NCBI RefSeq assembly: GCF_006345805.1
Contig: NC_042999.1
Coordinates: 130,448,001 to 130,512,000 of the forward strand
Source of the DNA: Octopus sinensis
Lineage: Eukaryota
Direction: 5' to 3'
Length of the DNA: 64,000 nucleotides
Of the stretch, positions 13,114 to 23,895 are shown piece after piece. Below the pieces are notes generated by a model. It was not told where the DNA came from. It saw only the letters and a list, made by a program, of their open reading frames with translations, and did not search any database. The position numbers and the translations under genes were made by a program. Each line of letters starts with the position of its first letter. Position 1 is the first letter of the stretch.

Positions 13114-14372
13114 AAACACAATGTGATTAAAACTTCGAAAACCAATACTTCGGTATTGCAATCGGGATGCGCAAGTTGTCCCACACATCAAATTTCAAAG
13201 TGATCGTAGAACAACGTGAAATGAAGCGTTTCACACAAGAATAGCGTATCGCCCGAGACTCGAAACTACAATTTTACAATCGCAACACCTTAACCACAAG
13301 ACCGTGTGTGTGTCACACACAGACATACACAACTTCTCACTAACGCCATCTGAGAAAAATACGTTTTGCTGAAGAGGTCTAATAAGACTGAGGTGTCCAT
13401 TGCGTTCACCAGTTGACTTTAAAATGAGAAGATCCACTCCCACATGCATCATCTATATATTTTGCTAGTATTTCTTTCAATTACTGTCTTCATGACTAAT
13501 TTCAGTTAATCGAGGTTTTTCGACTAGTTACACATGTTAAAAATCTTCTCCGCATATATTAGTAGTGGTATGACCCTATTTATGACGTGCACTATCTCAA
13601 TAGAAAAAGGTTATTCGTGCCAACTAGAAAGGATTCCTACATGTGAATGAAGTAAAAGAAATGGATATCAGCTGGGATGCAGCTTTTTTAAAATTTTTAA
13701 TGCTTAAATAACTGTTTTGCTACATCAATAGCATGATAGAAAATAAACTGTATTAATCACACATGAATTTAGCAGATTGTAAGTGCATGAGTAGTTTTGT
13801 CTAAATTGCTTTTCCTCCCTTTGCTACTTTTCAGGTTGTCAATGTATTCAAAAAGAACATTTAATATACGATGCGCTAGGAATCACTTAAAATTTGGTTA
13901 GATTATTTCATTAAACGAAAATGAAATTAATTCATTAGTGATGTCGCGAGTCTAAGACTTAGTTAACGAGTTGGTGAATGAAAATATATTTCTTGGGCTC
14001 TCCGAAGATGTATGTGAACAACGTCCGCGAACATTTAACAGAAGAATTTATCCTACATAAAGACAAACTGTGGTCTTTTACAGTTAACAACAGCAATAAT
14101 TACATACTGGGAGAGAAATACTGCTCCGATTTTACAGCAAGCTAACGAAACATGCGGTTTGCCCAATATATCTGAAAACACTTGTGCTATTTATCTGTCA
14201 GCGTCATGTTTTAGCCGTCTGGTTGAGCCAACTAGTGGGGGTCATTTGATATAGAAAGAGTAAAGACACGTATCTCTCAACTGCCTCAACATTCTTCCTG
14301 GTAAGGGTTTAATGTTTATAAGAGAGCGAGTGGTATACTAGTCAGTCACAGCTTAATACCAATACTCTTTAA

Positions 14373-14573
14373 GGTGGCGAGTTAGGAGAATTGTAAGCAC
14401 ACCAAACAAAATACCTAACGGCATGTTGTCGGCCTTTACGTTCCGAGTTCACATTCCACTAAGATCGACTTTATTTTTGACCTTTCCGGGATCTATGAAA
14501 TATGTTGAACACCGAGGTCAATGCATTCAACTAACTTCCCAAAAACTTCAGGCTTTGTGCCTATAATAGAAAG
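14373..14573 (+). mobile_element. SINE family B copy
   Basis: Family motifs present. Confidence 0.75.
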
Positions 14574-16560
14574 GATGACTGGTGCTTATTTTATTAGCTC
14601 TCGAAGAACTTGAAAAGTGGTTGTGACGAAATCAAAATACAAACGGTAAAAGAATCCGTTAAATGTAAACGCTGAACATCTTTTCAAACTGATAACTTGA
14701 TAAAAAAAATTTTCCACGAATCGACTTCGTTTTGCCCACCCCTGGGCCAGTAAAATAAATACTAGTAACATAATAGAACCGTAGACTCTTGTGATATATG
14801 ATCTCAGATTTAATACAACTTCAAGCTTTCTAAAATTACGTAAGATTGCTCTATTTTCCTCGGTGTATTATGGTGAAACTGTCTCACTCAAATACATCCA
14901 GTGCATAAGCACCTGCCGATATAAAGATTTAAATAAACATTAACTAGTTTCGTCTGTATACCAATACACAAGTAGTCGGTGCCAAATAAAAAGTAAATAA
15001 ATAAACTCCGGTTGTGAAATGACTGACCAAGATGCCACTCTGGCAAAGCTTAAAGATTTAGTTATTTGAGAAATTATGGTACAAATCCCTGTAAGGTCTT
15101 AGTATTAAGCCTAAGAATAAATAATCCTGTAGGATCAGGCAGAGAAATAGAACTGCTAATAATATTCGATGCTAAAAAAGGAAAAGCAATTAGACAATTA
15201 GATAACTGAGATGATTTCACTTCATTGCCATAGAAACAGAAAACGCTGACGCCCAGGTTATCTTTTGAAAGCACCAAATGAGGAAAGAATAGTTTTGGTT
15301 TGAAGTAGGGTACCAACCAGTGATTGGCTGGAACCGGTAGCTGTCTGCTACTAACGATGGAAATGCAACTGACTTGCTCACAGACGTTATTACCAGGTGA
15401 GCTACTGTATACAAGTAACGGTAGCCTGACAGATCTTTTTCGTTCAGAAGATGACAATTGTATGCGTGAGAGACTCGGTTAAACAGCAAGTTGGATGAAG
15501 AACGATATCTTACGAAAGACATTTCTAACAATCCCGTACCCTTAAAACGTGTCACTAAACGGGAATACTGTATAAAATAAGTAACAGTAACTTTAGTAAT
15601 GGAAAATTATCGGCTTAAATTAGTTTGTCCTTCCCCACTCGATAACTAAAATATATCAAGATGACGACTACATTTTAAGTTAAGGAAATATCATTTCAGT
15701 ACCAGATTCCTACTATGTATACACATCAGCAGCTATTAAATTCCACATGTATAAAGATTAAATCATTTGCATACATCGCCATCCATAAACTAGCGAGGCT
15801 ACCAAGTTGTTATTCGTGGGTGTAAACAAACTTAGATTAAGAAATGGTGAATACTCCACCACTACCACCTCAAAATTAAACTCTATTAAAATGAGAAGGC
15901 AGTAAAAATACACTCCACCCATAACTTTAGGAGGAGGGTGGGCGGCTGCCTGCCTTAAAACTAATAGAACACCTGTCACTAATAACTTGCATTCCGTCAT
16001 TCTTAGATCCTACTTACCTACCACGTTTGGCGTTTGCAACAAATAAATCTCACTGCTGTCGTTTACCTGAAAATCTGTTTATCTACCTCCTAAACCATTA
16101 GAGTAATTGAATGCTATATACTCTCAGTTGAATTCCAACATCTTATAAAATAAGTGTTCACAGTTTTGCGTTTTAACAAGAAAACATCGGTTATAAAATG
16201 TTTAAGTTTCAACTAGTTATTTTTAGGAACTATTTTCTTTGACTATGTTTCAATGGTAAATCTTACAAACCAAATACGATTTACATATTAAGAGTTCTGA
16301 AGAAGAAGAAGAAGAAAAGTAAATCTTCGCACATTCTGTAGTATTTTTATTTACAGCCAGTATGTTCCATATAATATCAAAAGCATAATTAAAATATTAA
16401 AAGTATAAATCTTAACGAACAATTATTTTTGAAACCCTTAACAAGGAATGCACACTAATTTTTAAAACATCCCCTTTATTTGTAGGAATAACTGAGGTGG
16501 GGTAGAAAACAATTTAAATATCAAAATCTAAAGCGTCCAAAAATATTTTCTCGATTGTGG

Positions 16561-17006
16561 TTAAAATTGAGAGTAGGTACAACTCTTTTGTTTTAGCAAA
16601 TCATCTAATTCTTCTTGAAGTTGATTTTTATAGAATTCTAGTTTACTTATTTCGTTGCTTATCGACCTTAAAGTTAATGGCAACTTATTGAACTCTGTCA
16701 ACCGACATTCAAGAGAATTAGTGTTCTTCACAATTTTGTCTTTAGCTTTCACACTATCCAAAATAGCCCCATGGACAAGTGTTGTGTCAATGCCAGTAGA
16801 TTTGGCTTTTTCCTTTAATGAAGTGAATTTCTGAAAACCATTTTCCAATCCTACAACTGGCTCCTGACAAAAACTGATGGTCCTAGATAATGTAGAATGG
16901 GTCAGGCCGTAGTGGATCTTCATACTCGAGTGGTTGTCAATACTGGGTTTTAATTTGAATTTCTGTTCGGAGACCACCTGCATTTCGTTTTTAAGATTTA
17001 TCAAAG
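16561..17006 (-). CDS. HAUS1: HAUS augmin-like complex subunit 1-like, last coding exon
   Basis: Acceptor ttcgcag at 17007; phase 1 matches the previous exon (A-LINLKNE); GIDTTLVHGAI...LECRLTEFNKLP resembles human GMDASLSHQSL...LKKKLESYLDLMP as recalled; TAA stop. Confidence 0.8.
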
Positions 17007-17806
17007 CTGCGAAGCAAATACAAAATTAATTTTTAAAGAAAATTATATATACATAAATATATTTTTTTTAATACAAAAACCAATAGAATAAAGTCTGAAA
17101 TGAATGTCAAGATAAAAAGCAAAAAAAAAAAAAAGCCAAACCAACAAGCCATTCACATCCGTAATCAGCCGTTTAGCTTTTAAAAATGATAGATTTAAGC
17201 TAAATTCAGATATGCAATCATGTTAAAGGAATAAGAAAAATTAATGTGTATTAAAAGGAAGACTAGTTTTCTTTGCATTGTGTGGGATAAAGGATGTCCA
17301 CACGCTCACCAAGCCGTCTAGTTTATTGAAATCACTTCAAACGGAGATTTAAAAAAAATATCGCTGTCTTAGCTTTCCTGGTGTGCAGCTCTTGCTTCTC
17401 AACGGTACTAGATATAATATGAAATAGGTTTAATGATACAAACAGGTAAACAGAACTCAAAAACACATGTACATATTTATTAAGTTAGTTGGCAGAAGTT
17501 ACAAAATGACTCAAAGGCCGAACATTTTGTACTTCGGTACTTATATGTTAAGTTCCAATTCACGACCCCACCCCGAGCGCCTTTGCAACTTCTGCGGATC
17601 AAGTTAAAAGTATAGTATAAAATATTAATTCTAACAGTGTAAAGCCACAAATTCGAATCTATTATATGCTAATTTAATTCACTAGAACTTAAAGACATAA
17701 CTAAAAGGTTTGATGCTGCTTATCCACTGTTCACGATGGAATGTTAATTTACAAATCGATAAGAGATAAATATGAAAATTATCGTTCAAAAATTAGACAT
17801 ACTTAC

Positions 17807-18122
17807 CCATCATATAACTAGTTTCTGATAAACTGTTAAGGTTTAGTAGACGAGCAAGTTCGCATAATATTTCCAGATATTTCTTAGAACATTTGGAATT
17901 GTTACCCACTTCCAGTTCCATAAAGTTTAGCACTCGAGACAAGTTTCTATTTTCAGATTTGTATTCTAAGGCTTTCTGATTTAAATCACTGACTCGGAGT
18001 TCGCTAGTTTTATCCTTGATGTAATTAATATTCATTAACGATCGAAGAATGAACAATGAACGTTCGTTATACTCAAACTTGAAATCATCTAAACCGAGAG
18101 TTTTCTTCAACCAATCAGTAAT
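17807..18122 (-). CDS. HAUS1: HAUS1-like coding exon 2
   Basis: Polypyrimidine-AG acceptor and GTAAGT donor; ITDWLKKTLG...FEYNERSLFIL...DLNQKALEYKSE resembles the HAUS1 N-terminus WLKKIFG...YEVNPRT...DLKQKASEYESE as recalled. Confidence 0.9.
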
Positions 18123-18142
18123 CTAAAAAAGAAAAGAAAAAA

Positions 18143-18582
18143 AATGGTTTCAGATTTCGGCACAAGGGCCACGATTTCCGTTGGTGGGGGCGGAGTCGAT
18201 TGTATCAACCCCAGTATTCAGCTGGTACTTATTTTATCAATCCTGAAAGGATGAAAAGCAAATTCGACCTTGGCGGAATTTTAACTTAGAACGTAAAAAA
18301 GAACGAAATGCTGTAATGCATTTTGTCCAGTGCGGTAACGATTCTACCATCTAGTCGCCGTAATAATTCTAATTTTGGCACTAAGTCAGTAATTTTAAAG
18401 GTAGGGGAAGTCGACTACATTGACCACAGCACTTCACTAGTGCTTTATTTTATCGACCCTGAAAGGATGAAAGGCAAAACTAATCTCGGCGGAATTTGAA
18501 CAACTCGGAATATAAAGACGTAAGAAAGGCTGCTGAGGATTTGTCCCTCGCGGTAATAATTCTACCAGTTTCACCGCCTTAA
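18143..18582 (-). mobile_element. Two tandem SINE family B copies in HAUS1 intron 1
   Basis: Reverse-complement family motifs at about 18143-18360 and 18365-18582. Confidence 0.8.
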
Positions 18583-19149
18583 TATAATTTCAAAACGTTG
18601 ATAAAAATAAAAGGATTTACAATAAAAACATACAAACGACTTCATTGATCCGGAGAGGATACTAATACACCTATACAGTCTCTCTGTGACTGAACCAACT
18701 TCAGGAATCTATAACCATTTCGATTAAAAGTAGCCGTGTAAGCTGTCTGAAGTTTCGGACTTTATCACAAAGTAACACATTTAAAGATTATGAAAAGAAA
18801 AGAGATACCCAGAGTCGCAACTTTGCATAAATGAATGGTTAGATAAGTACGAAAATGTTACGTGAAGAGGACCAAAATATTTTAATCCAGATTTTAATTA
18901 AGATTTATGGTGAAGATCAAATAATCATTAGCTTAATGATCAATGGTAGTCAGGAAAAGCAAAGGAGAGAATTTGAGGAACGAGTGTTTCTCGCCACTAC
19001 GGATGTGATTTTAAGATTTTTTGGTTCACTTAAACAGCAGACATTATCAATCGACCTTTCATTGGAGAACAGTGAACATCATCAATTGAGGTTTCAAAAA
19101 TTTTATATGGATATGACTATCACCAAAGGAAGGTAAATACTTTACGGTA

Positions 19150-19445
19150 CTTTGCAATAATGCTGCCGCTTCATGCTCTTGCTTGATGAGGCTGGGGTCA
19201 TCCCAGGTTAGTGGTCCCTGAGACATCATCATGCGTAGAGCCGACAAGGTCTACCAGCGTTCTCCATCGCTGGCGGTCCCGTACCAAGCCCTTTGCATCC
19301 TCCAAGGCGATGTCGTGCTTCTGGAGATCTTCCCCAATCACGTCCGGCAATATGATCCTGGGCCTGCCACGAGGCTTCTTCCAGCCCGTAGTTGCGTCGA
19401 ATGAGAGTAGAGCCTTGGTAAGATGAGCTAGCGGGGGACGGAAGA
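19150..19445 (-). mobile_element. RTE LINE 3' fragment
   Basis: GWKKPRGRPRIILPDVIGEDL...VRDRQRWRTLV, an RTE C-terminal motif. Confidence 0.8.
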
Positions 19446-19650
19446 CGTAAATTTTGTGTGAGATCAACAATTGTTACGGTTTTTGTACTTATTTAAAGTG
19501 AGAATGACAGTAAAAATTACCCTTAAGAAAAAGAGATAATTTAGGTTGAGAGTGTCACTTAAGGGTTAGTAAAAGTTAGCCATTATTCTAAACTACAGAA
19601 GTAAACCAGTATTATATTCTCTCAGTTGCAACAGATCCCTTTTTAAAAAA

Positions 19651-19693
<43 letters not shown>

Positions 19694-19812
19694 CTTAGGC
19701 TGTACAAACAGTTGTTTATTAATTGCAAAACATTCATGATTTGATGCTAATTCTAGGTTCCGTTTAGATAAAACTTTTCAAGTAAAGAAGAGAGTAGTTC
19801 AATTTTGCTTAC

Positions 19813-19851
19813 GTGTGGATCCAATTTTATAGAAACTCTTGGTGTTGCCAT
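19813..19851 (-). CDS. HAUS1: Putative HAUS1-like first coding exon (MATPRVSIKLDPH)
   Basis: gtcATGG start, 13 codons, GTAAGC donor in phase 0 matching exon 2; gives a 266-aa protein, close to the length of known HAUS1; chosen by inference among possible donors. Confidence 0.55.
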
Positions 19852-19960
19852 GACTGGATGCTGAATCAGGGTTCTAAAGGTATTAAACTTCAATTCCGTT
19901 GAGACCCGAAACGTTTAATGCAGAAAAAGCCTCAAGAAGGACGTTAAATATTGATGATAT

Positions 19961-20920
19961 GATTCTTTATTACCCACTAGGGGCGACACAGAGGGGGACA
20001 CCACAAGACATGGGGACATAGAACATTATAATTAAAAATTTATGAAAAATGATAATATGAAAGCGATGCTAAAGGCCCCATCCGTTAGCATCACTTACCT
20101 GTCCTTTGGTTTTCACCGTCACTTGAATGTTCTTTCCCAATACGAATAAATTCCATATCCATTCTTACTCCGAAATACTCATCCATATTTTCCACGAATT
20201 CATCGCTCATTCTTATATCTTTCGCCTCCCAATTCTCCCTTCCACACCTCACCATAAACTCATCTATGTTCTTCTTTTCAATCACAGCATACCTAGTCTC
20301 ACCAACTTCATACCATTTATACTCTTCCATTAGCCTTTTAACTTCATTCTGTTCAGTCATCGTACAAATGTACGGCCTAGGTTCGATTTCAATCTCTCGT
20401 CTGTCTGTATTATATTTTTTCTTTTTTTGTTTTCTTGTTGGGGGGAGCGGGTGTCTGCAGGGATAGGGTGGGACTCAGAGGGTGTGGGTGGTTTTGGGGT
20501 GGATTGGTGTTCCATGTTATTTTCTTTTCCTCGTATTCTTCTCTTCCTCTTCTTTCCAGCTTCCTTCCATTTCTGTGTATTCTCTTCCTCTTCTACTGTC
20601 TCCTTCTCTGGTTTCTGCTTCTCTCTGTGTGGTTCGGAATCCATTTCTTTCCCTGGGGGAGGGCAGAAGGCTCTTATGTGACCCCTCAGGCCACACTTCT
20701 AACAACGTGGAGCTCTGCCCTCCACCCACACTCTCATGACCACGTCTCCCAATCTGATGCTTTCCGCCAGGTCCACCAGTACCTCGTTCTCTGCCTGTAC
20801 GTTCAGCTCCACTGTTACGCCTCTCCAGCCCTCGGTCTTAACCGAGGCATGGAGAATATCCACTTCCTCCTCGTGGCCGCTGATCACAGCCGCCACAATC
20901 CACTCTGCCTCCACGTTTGG
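19961..20920 (-). mobile_element. 5'-truncated second copy of the ORF1-only element (pseudogenised)
   Basis: Near-identical to about 20921-21905; begins at PNVEAEWIV; TAG replaces the Tyr next to the first CCHC Cys; frameshift in a G-run. Confidence 0.9.
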
Positions 20921-22708
20921 TGATTCTTTATTACCCACTAGGGGCGACACAGAGGGGGACACCAAAAGACATGGGGACATAGAACATTATAATTAAAATT
21001 TATGAAAAATGAATTGTTAAGTGAAAGAAAATGATATTATGAAAGCGATACTAACGGCCCCGTCCGTTAGCATCACTTACCTGTCCTTTGTTTTTCATAG
21101 TCACTTGAATGTTCTTTGCCAATACGATTAAATTCCATATCCATTCTTACTCCGAAATACTCATCCATATTTTCCACGAATTCATCGCTCATTCTTATAT
21201 CTTTCACCTCCCAATTCTCCCTTTCACACCTCACCATAAACTCATCAAAGTTCTTCTTTTCAATCACAGCATACCTAGTCTCACCAACTTCATACCATTT
21301 ATACTCTTCCATTAGACTTTTAACTTCTTTCTGTTCAGTCATAGTACAAATGTACGGCCTGATATCGATTTCAATCTCTTGTGTGTGTGTATTCTTTTTT
21401 TTCTTTTGTTTTCTTGTTGGGGGGGAGCGGGTGGGTTCAATGTCTGCATGGATAGGGTGGGACTCAGAGGGCGTGGGTGGTTTTGGGGTGGATTGGAGTT
21501 CCATATTATTTTCTTTTCCACGTATTCTTCTCTTCCTCTTATTCCAGCTTCCTTCCATTTCTGTGTATTCTCTTCTTCTGTTCCTTCTCCTCTGGTTTCT
21601 GCTTCTCTCTCTCTGGTTCGGAATCCATTTCTTTCCCTGGGGAGGGCAGAAGGCTCTTATGTGACCCCTCAGGCCACACTTGTAACAACGTGGAGCCCTG
21701 CCCTCCACCCACACTCTCATAATCACGTTTCCTAGTCTGATGCTTTCCGTCAGGTCCACCAGTACCTCGGTCTCTGCCTGTACGTTCAGCTCCACTGTTA
21801 CGCCTCTCCAGCCCTCGGACTTAACCGAGGCATGGAGAATATCTACTTCGTCCTCGTGGCCGCTGATCACAGCCGCCACAATCCATTCTGCTTCCACGTT
21901 TGGTGGCACTCCCTCCACCCTTATTCGTGTAATCCTCCTGTTTAAATACGTAGGTAACAGTGTTACCTTTTCTGACTTCACCGCCTTCGCCGCCATCTTC
22001 CTCGCTGCAGACTCAGTTTTGAAATGCACAACTACGGTACCGTACTTGGATCCTCGAGTCAGAAAATTTATTTCCTCCTCAGTTCTTCGCAGGGCTTCCT
22101 CTATCCATTCCATGGTTACAACTTCTACCCTCTTCCTTTCGTTTGCGAACACCCTGTAAATAATGGTCCTCTTATCATACCATTCTTTTCTCCTGGGTGT
22201 CGGTGATAGTTCCACCTCACCGCTTTCCTTTTTCATGTATTTCTGGTAACTTGGCAACTTGGCCATGTCGACCCCTTTCTCTTCCGCCTTCTTGGTTACA
22301 CCGGCATAGGTATAACTCAGCTTCTCTTCCAAATTCCTCGCTGCCATTTCTAGCTCCTTCTCAGACGTAGGCGAGTCTGATAAAGACTCGAAAACTCCAG
22401 CCTTTTCTTCCATCAGCTTCATTGCAATTGCCTGTTCCAGTTCCTCATCTGTCGTGGACAAGTCTGTTAGAGACTCATAGTCCATTTCCCTCTGTCTGAC
22501 AGACCGAAAACGGCCGCCAAAACAGAAAAAAGTTTAACGCGCTGAACGAGCGAAACGCGAAACCGCGTCAACGCCGTTCAGAATTTCCACAACAACAACA
22601 ACGCTTTTTGTTCTTTTTTTTCCGAATTTCAGGAGCCTTATTTTGTCCTTATTATATTTCAAATGACGCAAGCAGGATAATTTAGAATAAACCGAGTTAA
22701 CCTTATAA
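20921..22708 (-). mobile_element. L1/Tx1-like non-LTR element carrying ORF1 only
   Basis: CpG-rich 5' leader, one 470-aa ORF, about 150-bp 3' region ending GGGTAATAAAGAATCA; no EN/RT sequence; 5' boundary approximate; no TSD found. Confidence 0.75.
21073..22485 (-). CDS. ORF1/Gag-like nucleic-acid-binding protein (RRM-like region plus CX2CX4HX4C zinc knuckle), 470 aa
   Basis: Uninterrupted ORF; YAGVTK motif, IRVEGVPP...V-VEG-APRCYKCGLRGHIRAFCP, typical of L1/Tx1-clade ORF1. Confidence 0.85.
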   Translation of the reverse strand: MDYESLTDLSTTDEELEQAIAMKLMEEKAGVFESLSDSPTSEKELEMAARNLEEKLSYTYAGVTKKAEEKGVDMAKLPSYQKYMKKESGEVELSPTPRRKEWYDKRTIIYRVFANERKRVEVVTMEWIEEALRRTEEEINFLTRGSKYGTVVVHFKTESAARKMAAKAVKSEKVTLLPTYLNRRITRIRVEGVPPNVEAEWIVAAVISGHEDEVDILHASVKSEGWRGVTVELNVQAETEVLVDLTESIRLGNVIMRVWVEGRAPRCYKCGLRGHIRAFCPPQGKKWIPNQRERSRNQRRRNRRREYTEMEGSWNKRKRRIRGKENNMELQSTPKPPTPSESHPIHADIEPTRSPPTRKQKKKKNTHTQEIEIDIRPYICTMTEQKEVKSLMEEYKWYEVGETRYAVIEKKNFDEFMVRCERENWEVKDIRMSDEFVENMDEYFGVRMDMEFNRIGKEHSSDYEKQRTGK

Positions 22709-23075
22709 TTTTTTTTTTTTTTCAAGTAACAAGAATTAATGGTTTGGACAGTTCTATTTTTAGCTGGGGTGGGATTACCGAGTTAAATTGTTTTCTGGTT
22801 ACCATTCCAGCTCTCTACGATTCTAGTTCAAATCCGCTAAGGTCAGCTTTGCTTTTATCCTTTCGGAGTCGCTAAATAAAGCATTGGTCCTGTGCTCGGG
22901 GAGTTGAAAGTGTAAAGCAAAAGTGTTGTAAAATAAAGCAAAGCTCTTGGCCTCTTGAGTTCTTGACTTCATTTTAATCTCTAATTTTCATTTTAAGTAG
23001 TTAATGTTCTTGAAAGAGCAGCGACGTCATACAATTTCATCAGTGCCGTCTTAATCATGAGCACATTGGACTGTG

Positions 23076-23377
23076 TGGAGACACATTGCCTAGTGGTTAG
23101 AGTAGCGGACTCGCGGTCGAGGGATCACAGGTTCGAATCTCAGACCGGGCGGTGTGTGTGTTTATAAGCGAAACACCTAAGCTCCACGCGGCTCCGGCAG
23201 AAGGTAATGGCGAACTTCTGCTGACTCTTTCGTCATAACTTTCTCTCACTCTTTCCTCCTGCATCTAGCAGCTCACCTGCGACGGACCGGCGTCCCATCC
23301 AGGTGAGGAACCTATACGCCAAGGAAACCGGGAAACTGGCCCTTATGAGCCAGGCGTGGCTCGAGGAGGAACAAACA
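23076..23377 (+). mobile_element. Full-length tRNA-derived SINE family C with TSD
   Basis: A/B-box head (TAGTGGTTAG...GGTTCGAATC); 13-bp TSD ACATTGGACTGTG at 23063-23075 and 23378-23390. Confidence 0.9.
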
Positions 23378-23690
23378 ACATTGGACTGTGACTCGAGCAC
23401 CCCCACCAGTCTAGCGAACCCAATGCTAATCTATGTATGATGTGGTTATGTATGATAAGCTCCAGCACATTGATCTGCTCGGCGGCGGGGAGTCCCATAA
23501 CGCTATTAAAATGGCTCTGAATCTCATTTATCTTTCCTTATACATCCTAATTAAATGAGAAGGAATAAACATGTTAAAAGAGTTAAAGAATGTCACAAAT
23601 ACTCCCATTTAATTAGTGAATGGAAGAAGAATATGGACAAAAGTTGTACTTAATTATTAGCTAAGAGGACTGTCAATCTGTCTGCTTAAA

Positions 23691-23895
23691 GTAAGGCGGC
23701 AGAATCGTTAGCACGCTGCGCAAAATAGTTGGCGGCATTTCGTCCGTATTTACGTTCCAAGTTCAAATTCCGCTGAGGTTGACTTTGCCCCTTTCGGGGT
23801 CGATGAAATAAGTACCAGTCGAGCACTGGGATCGATGAAATCGATTTAACCCATCCCCCAAACTTGCTGGTTTTGTGCCAAAGTTTGAAACCAAT
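23691..23895 (+). mobile_element. SINE family B copy
   Basis: Family motifs present. Confidence 0.85.

Noticed and set aside
13369-13397. CUGAAGA-GGUC…GAC hammerhead-like motif
   Set aside because: Lacks the GAAA core and a convincing stem I/III
13834-14300. Possible + strand exons (acceptor at 13834; MYVNNVREHL… 45-codon ORF; donor near 14300)
   Set aside because: No homology recognised and no consistent multi-exon frame could be built
20127-22206. Multiple + strand ORFs (e.g. 21116-21664, 21740-22159, 20435-20923)
   Set aside because: Antisense shadows of the purine-rich ORF1; no independent motifs
23076-23150. tRNA gene candidates (also 52580-52650, 63927-64000)
   Set aside because: A/B-box heads continue into SINE bodies, with a TSD at 23076; no complete cloverleaf
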